Assembly: GCA_000004985.1 (NCBI GenBank) | Contig: GG739478.1 | Reading direction: 5' to 3' (one strand) | From: Naegleria gruberi | Taxonomy: Eukaryota | Length of the DNA stretch: 1,249 nt | In this document: piece by piece, positions 1 through 1,249 of the stretch | How positions within the stretch are numbered: position 1 is the stretch's first letter | Layout of the letters: every line of letters begins with the position of its first letter | Notes under the pieces: model-generated | Database searches by the model: none | What the model saw: the letters and a program-made list of their open reading frames with translations, nothing else | What the model was told of the DNA's origin: nothing | Program-made: the position numbers and the translations under genes

Positions 1-162
1 TTTGTTATAGAAGCTTCAAAAAGTTGTTTGTTTGCGCTTATGTGCCTGGCAGTAGATTACATCCAAAACGAGACGAGCTGGTACAAGCTCCTCTACTGAC
101 ATAAATGACAATAAGGTTCAAATATGGATGATTGGTCATCTTTGCCATTAAGCACATACGCA

Positions 163-183
163 ATTATTGGTATTATTATTATT
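163..183. repeat. Imperfect trinucleotide microsatellite (ATT)2-GGT-(ATT)4, with a perfect (ATT)4 at 172-183.
   Basis: Read directly from the sequence: attattggtattattattatt. Confidence 0.7.
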
Positions 184-241
184 TAATATCAATCAGTATT
201 AAATAATGAAAAATGTCAAAATATAGAGAGGATAGGATCAG

Positions 242-289
242 ATTGAAAATTAATCTTGTATTGAAATTTAAATATTGAATTTAAATTTT
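242..289. repeat. AT-rich block with three spaced copies of ATTGAAA(W)TT at 242-250, 260-269 and 274-282. It also holds two copies of the perfect 8-bp palindrome ATTTAAAT at 266-273 and 279-286, 13 bp apart. Both palindromes sit within TGAA(A)TTTAAAT tandem units.
   Basis: Read directly from the sequence: gATTGAAAATtaatcttgtATTGAAATTTAAATATTGAATTTAAATttt. ATTTAAAT is its own reverse complement. Confidence 0.55.
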
Positions 290-291
290 CA

Positions 292-314
292 AGTCACTAC
301 ACTGAGTCACTACA
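292..314. repeat. Perfect 10-bp direct repeat AGTCACTACA at 292-301 and 305-314, with a 3-bp spacer CTG and a 13-bp period. It lies about 85-110 bp beyond the stop codon of the minus-strand CDS.
   Basis: Read directly from the sequence: caAGTCACTACActgAGTCACTACAaa. On the gene's sense strand it reads TGTAGTGACT twice. Confidence 0.7.
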
Positions 315-399
315 AACTGGGGTCCATATTTGAAGAGAAGGGCAACGCATGGAAATCAGATAATTTCAGTTTGGCTTTCCGTCTATTACTGTTCACTGC

Positions 400-1249
400 T
401 CATAGGTTATCAAAGGAATTGGCTTGTTGACTCTTGTGTTGGTCACCAGAACCATTGTAGAATAGACCAATATGTATCATAAATTCACTTTTAGAGGCAA
501 CTTGCTTAATAACGTCATCACTTAGTAAAACTGCAAGTTGCTTCTTGATCACTGTTGAAACAGTAAAATAAAAGGTAAAGAAGAAATAATAGGCCAGTAT
601 GAAAACCATGTGAAAGAGTATGGCAAATGTTCCTTGATAATAATCCAATATAGCTCCATAAGGCATACTTGTAATAATGCTGCTCTCTCTCAATCCAATC
701 ACAAAGAGTAAGTAACATGGGCAAAAGATTCCCACCAAGAAAATATGCCAAAACTTTAAGTAAAAATCCGAATTCAAGTTTTCAATCATGGAGGCAACCC
801 AACAGAACAAGTGGGTTGTTAAATTCACAAGAGTTACTAGTCTTGCAGCACTTGGTTTGCTTGTTGGTACGAGAATGGCCCAATATCCGAGAGAAACAAC
901 TGTCTCTGTTACCAAATTCAATTCAGCTAATATCCACAATGCATTACCATATAAAGAAATTGCCTGAATGAGCCATTGTGGCATTACGCTAAGATAGGGA
1001 AATAATGAATCTTCACCAGCTTTGCAGGCAAGAATGGAAGTCATTACTAAGAAGGCAATGTGTGAAATTGTTACAAAAAACGAATAGACCACAAATACAT
1101 TGAATGAATTATTGGTGAGATATTGTGTATAGGTCAACCAATTTGATCCTCTTGCTGTTTCACTATCTCCCACATAGTAAGCCACAACTATAGCCAGAGC
1201 CAACAAGCAAAATCTCAACAAGAGAATCCAAAAAGTAGAAATCCAACAC
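400..1249 (-). CDS. 5'-truncated CDS for a polytopic integral membrane protein of unrecognised family. The stop codon TGA is at 400-402 (minus strand). The frame stays open to the right window edge, so the N-terminus lies outside the window.
   Basis: The frame is open for 283 codons in AT-rich DNA where TAA/TAG/TGA are frequent, which is very unlikely by chance. The reverse-complement upstream of the ORF-track 'start' reads ...CWISTFWILL-LRFCLL with no stop. The codon at 1219-1221 is TTG, so the track's Met is an alternative-start artefact. The first in-frame ATG sits deep inside a hydrophobic segment (LVMTSILA) and is implausible as a start. The translation alternates long hydrophobic stretches with short polar loops. 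Predicted helices are roughly FWILLLRFCLLALAIVVAYYV, FNVFVVYSFFVTISHIAFLVMTSILA, WLIQAISLYGNALWILAELNLV, VVSLGYWAILVPT, LVTLVNLTTHLFCWVASMI, FWHIFLVGIFCPCYLLFVIGL, and the 38-residue YGAILDYYQGTFAILFHMVFILAYYFFFTFYFTVSTVI. A hydrophilic tail follows: KKQLAVLLSDDVIKQVASKSEFMIHIGLFYNGSGDQHKSQQANSFDNL*. The stop is confirmed as TGA (forward tca, 400-402). Confidence 0.82.
   Translation of the reverse strand, partial: CWISTFWILLLRFCLLALAIVVAYYVGDSETARGSNWLTYTQYLTNNSFNVFVVYSFFVTISHIAFLVMTSILACKAGEDSLFPYLSVMPQWLIQAISLYGNALWILAELNLVTETVVSLGYWAILVPTSKPSAARLVTLVNLTTHLFCWVASMIENLNSDFYLKFWHIFLVGIFCPCYLLFVIGLRESSIITSMPYGAILDYYQGTFAILFHMVFILAYYFFFTFYFTVSTVIKKQLAVLLSDDVIKQVASKSEFMIHIGLFYNGSGDQHKSQQANSFDNL

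Noticed and set aside
75-90. Small hairpin GAGCT-ggtaca-AGCTC
   Set aside because: The stem is only 5 bp with a 6-nt loop, is not GC-rich and has no following T-tract. It is too weak to call a terminator or a structured RNA.
115-123. GGTTCAAAT resembling a tRNA T-loop (GGTTCGAAT)
   Set aside because: Neither strand has flanking sequence that can form the 5-bp T-stem, the acceptor stem or an anticodon arm. It is an isolated chance match.
124-186. Tiny forward ORF ATG...TAA encoding MDDWSSLPLSTYAIIGIIII
   Set aside because: It is only 20 codons, and its C-terminal IIII is just the (ATT)n microsatellite read in frame. There is no coding evidence.
351-380. GGAAA...TTTCC inverted repeat just past the stop codon, as a possible terminator
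   Set aside because: The stem is 5 bp with a loop of about 20 nt and no adjacent U-run on the sense strand. It is not thermodynamically credible as an intrinsic terminator.
518-751. 77-aa ORF on the minus strand (MAYFLGGNLLPMLLTLCDWIEREQ...)
   Set aside because: It lies wholly inside the 283-codon membrane-protein CDS, in a different frame on the same strand. It has no independent support and its length is what an alternative frame of a coding region typically gives. It is a shadow ORF.
717-971. 84-aa ORF on the plus strand (MGKRFPPRKYAKTLSKNPNSSFQ...)
   Set aside because: It is antisense to the main CDS and fully overlapped by it. Its K/R/S/N/P/Q-rich low-complexity translation is what you get from reading the reverse complement of A/T-rich hydrophobic codons. 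There is no start context or flanking signal. It is a shadow ORF.
973-984. M-P-Q-W motif suggesting a PQ-loop / MtN3-SWEET family protein
   Set aside because: There is only one PQ dipeptide. The residues before it (KAGEDSLFPYLSV) are not a transmembrane helix as required for the PQ-loop motif. There is no second repeat and no matching downstream consensus. The resemblance is too thin.
1219-1221. TTG translated as the initiator Met of the 273-aa ORF
   Set aside because: The frame stays open upstream to the window edge. The position falls in the middle of a hydrophobic helix. No ribosome-binding purine-rich tract is evident immediately upstream. It is an ORF-finder artefact.

Overview
The window contains one real gene and an AT-rich non-coding flank. 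Bases 400-1249 (minus strand) are the 3' part of a CDS for a polytopic integral membrane protein. It has at least 7-8 predicted transmembrane helices that are strikingly rich in F/Y/W, followed by a roughly 47-residue hydrophilic C-terminal tail. The reading frame is still open at the right window edge, so the true start lies beyond position 1249. The 'M' at 1221 in the ORF track is a TTG codon chosen by the ORF finder, not a real start. I do not recognise the protein family. It carries none of the signature motifs of the common polytopic families I could check by eye: PAP2, TLC/Lag1, ELO, CDP-alcohol phosphatidyltransferase, CAAX protease, PAQR, insect OR/GR and vertebrate OR/T2R. Bases 1-399 are non-coding and become very AT-rich after about position 100. 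They hold an (ATT)n microsatellite, a 10-bp direct repeat (AGTCACTACA x2), tandem ATTGAAAWTT motifs and two copies of the perfect palindrome ATTTAAAT. No intrinsic-terminator hairpin follows the stop codon. Together with the trinucleotide microsatellite and the long unbroken single-exon ORF, this slightly favours a low-GC eukaryotic origin (yeast, plant or invertebrate style). An AT-rich bacterium cannot be excluded from this window alone. I see no CRISPR array, RNA gene, transposase, integrase or recognisable defence-system component. The two other ORFs in the track are shadow ORFs of the main CDS.
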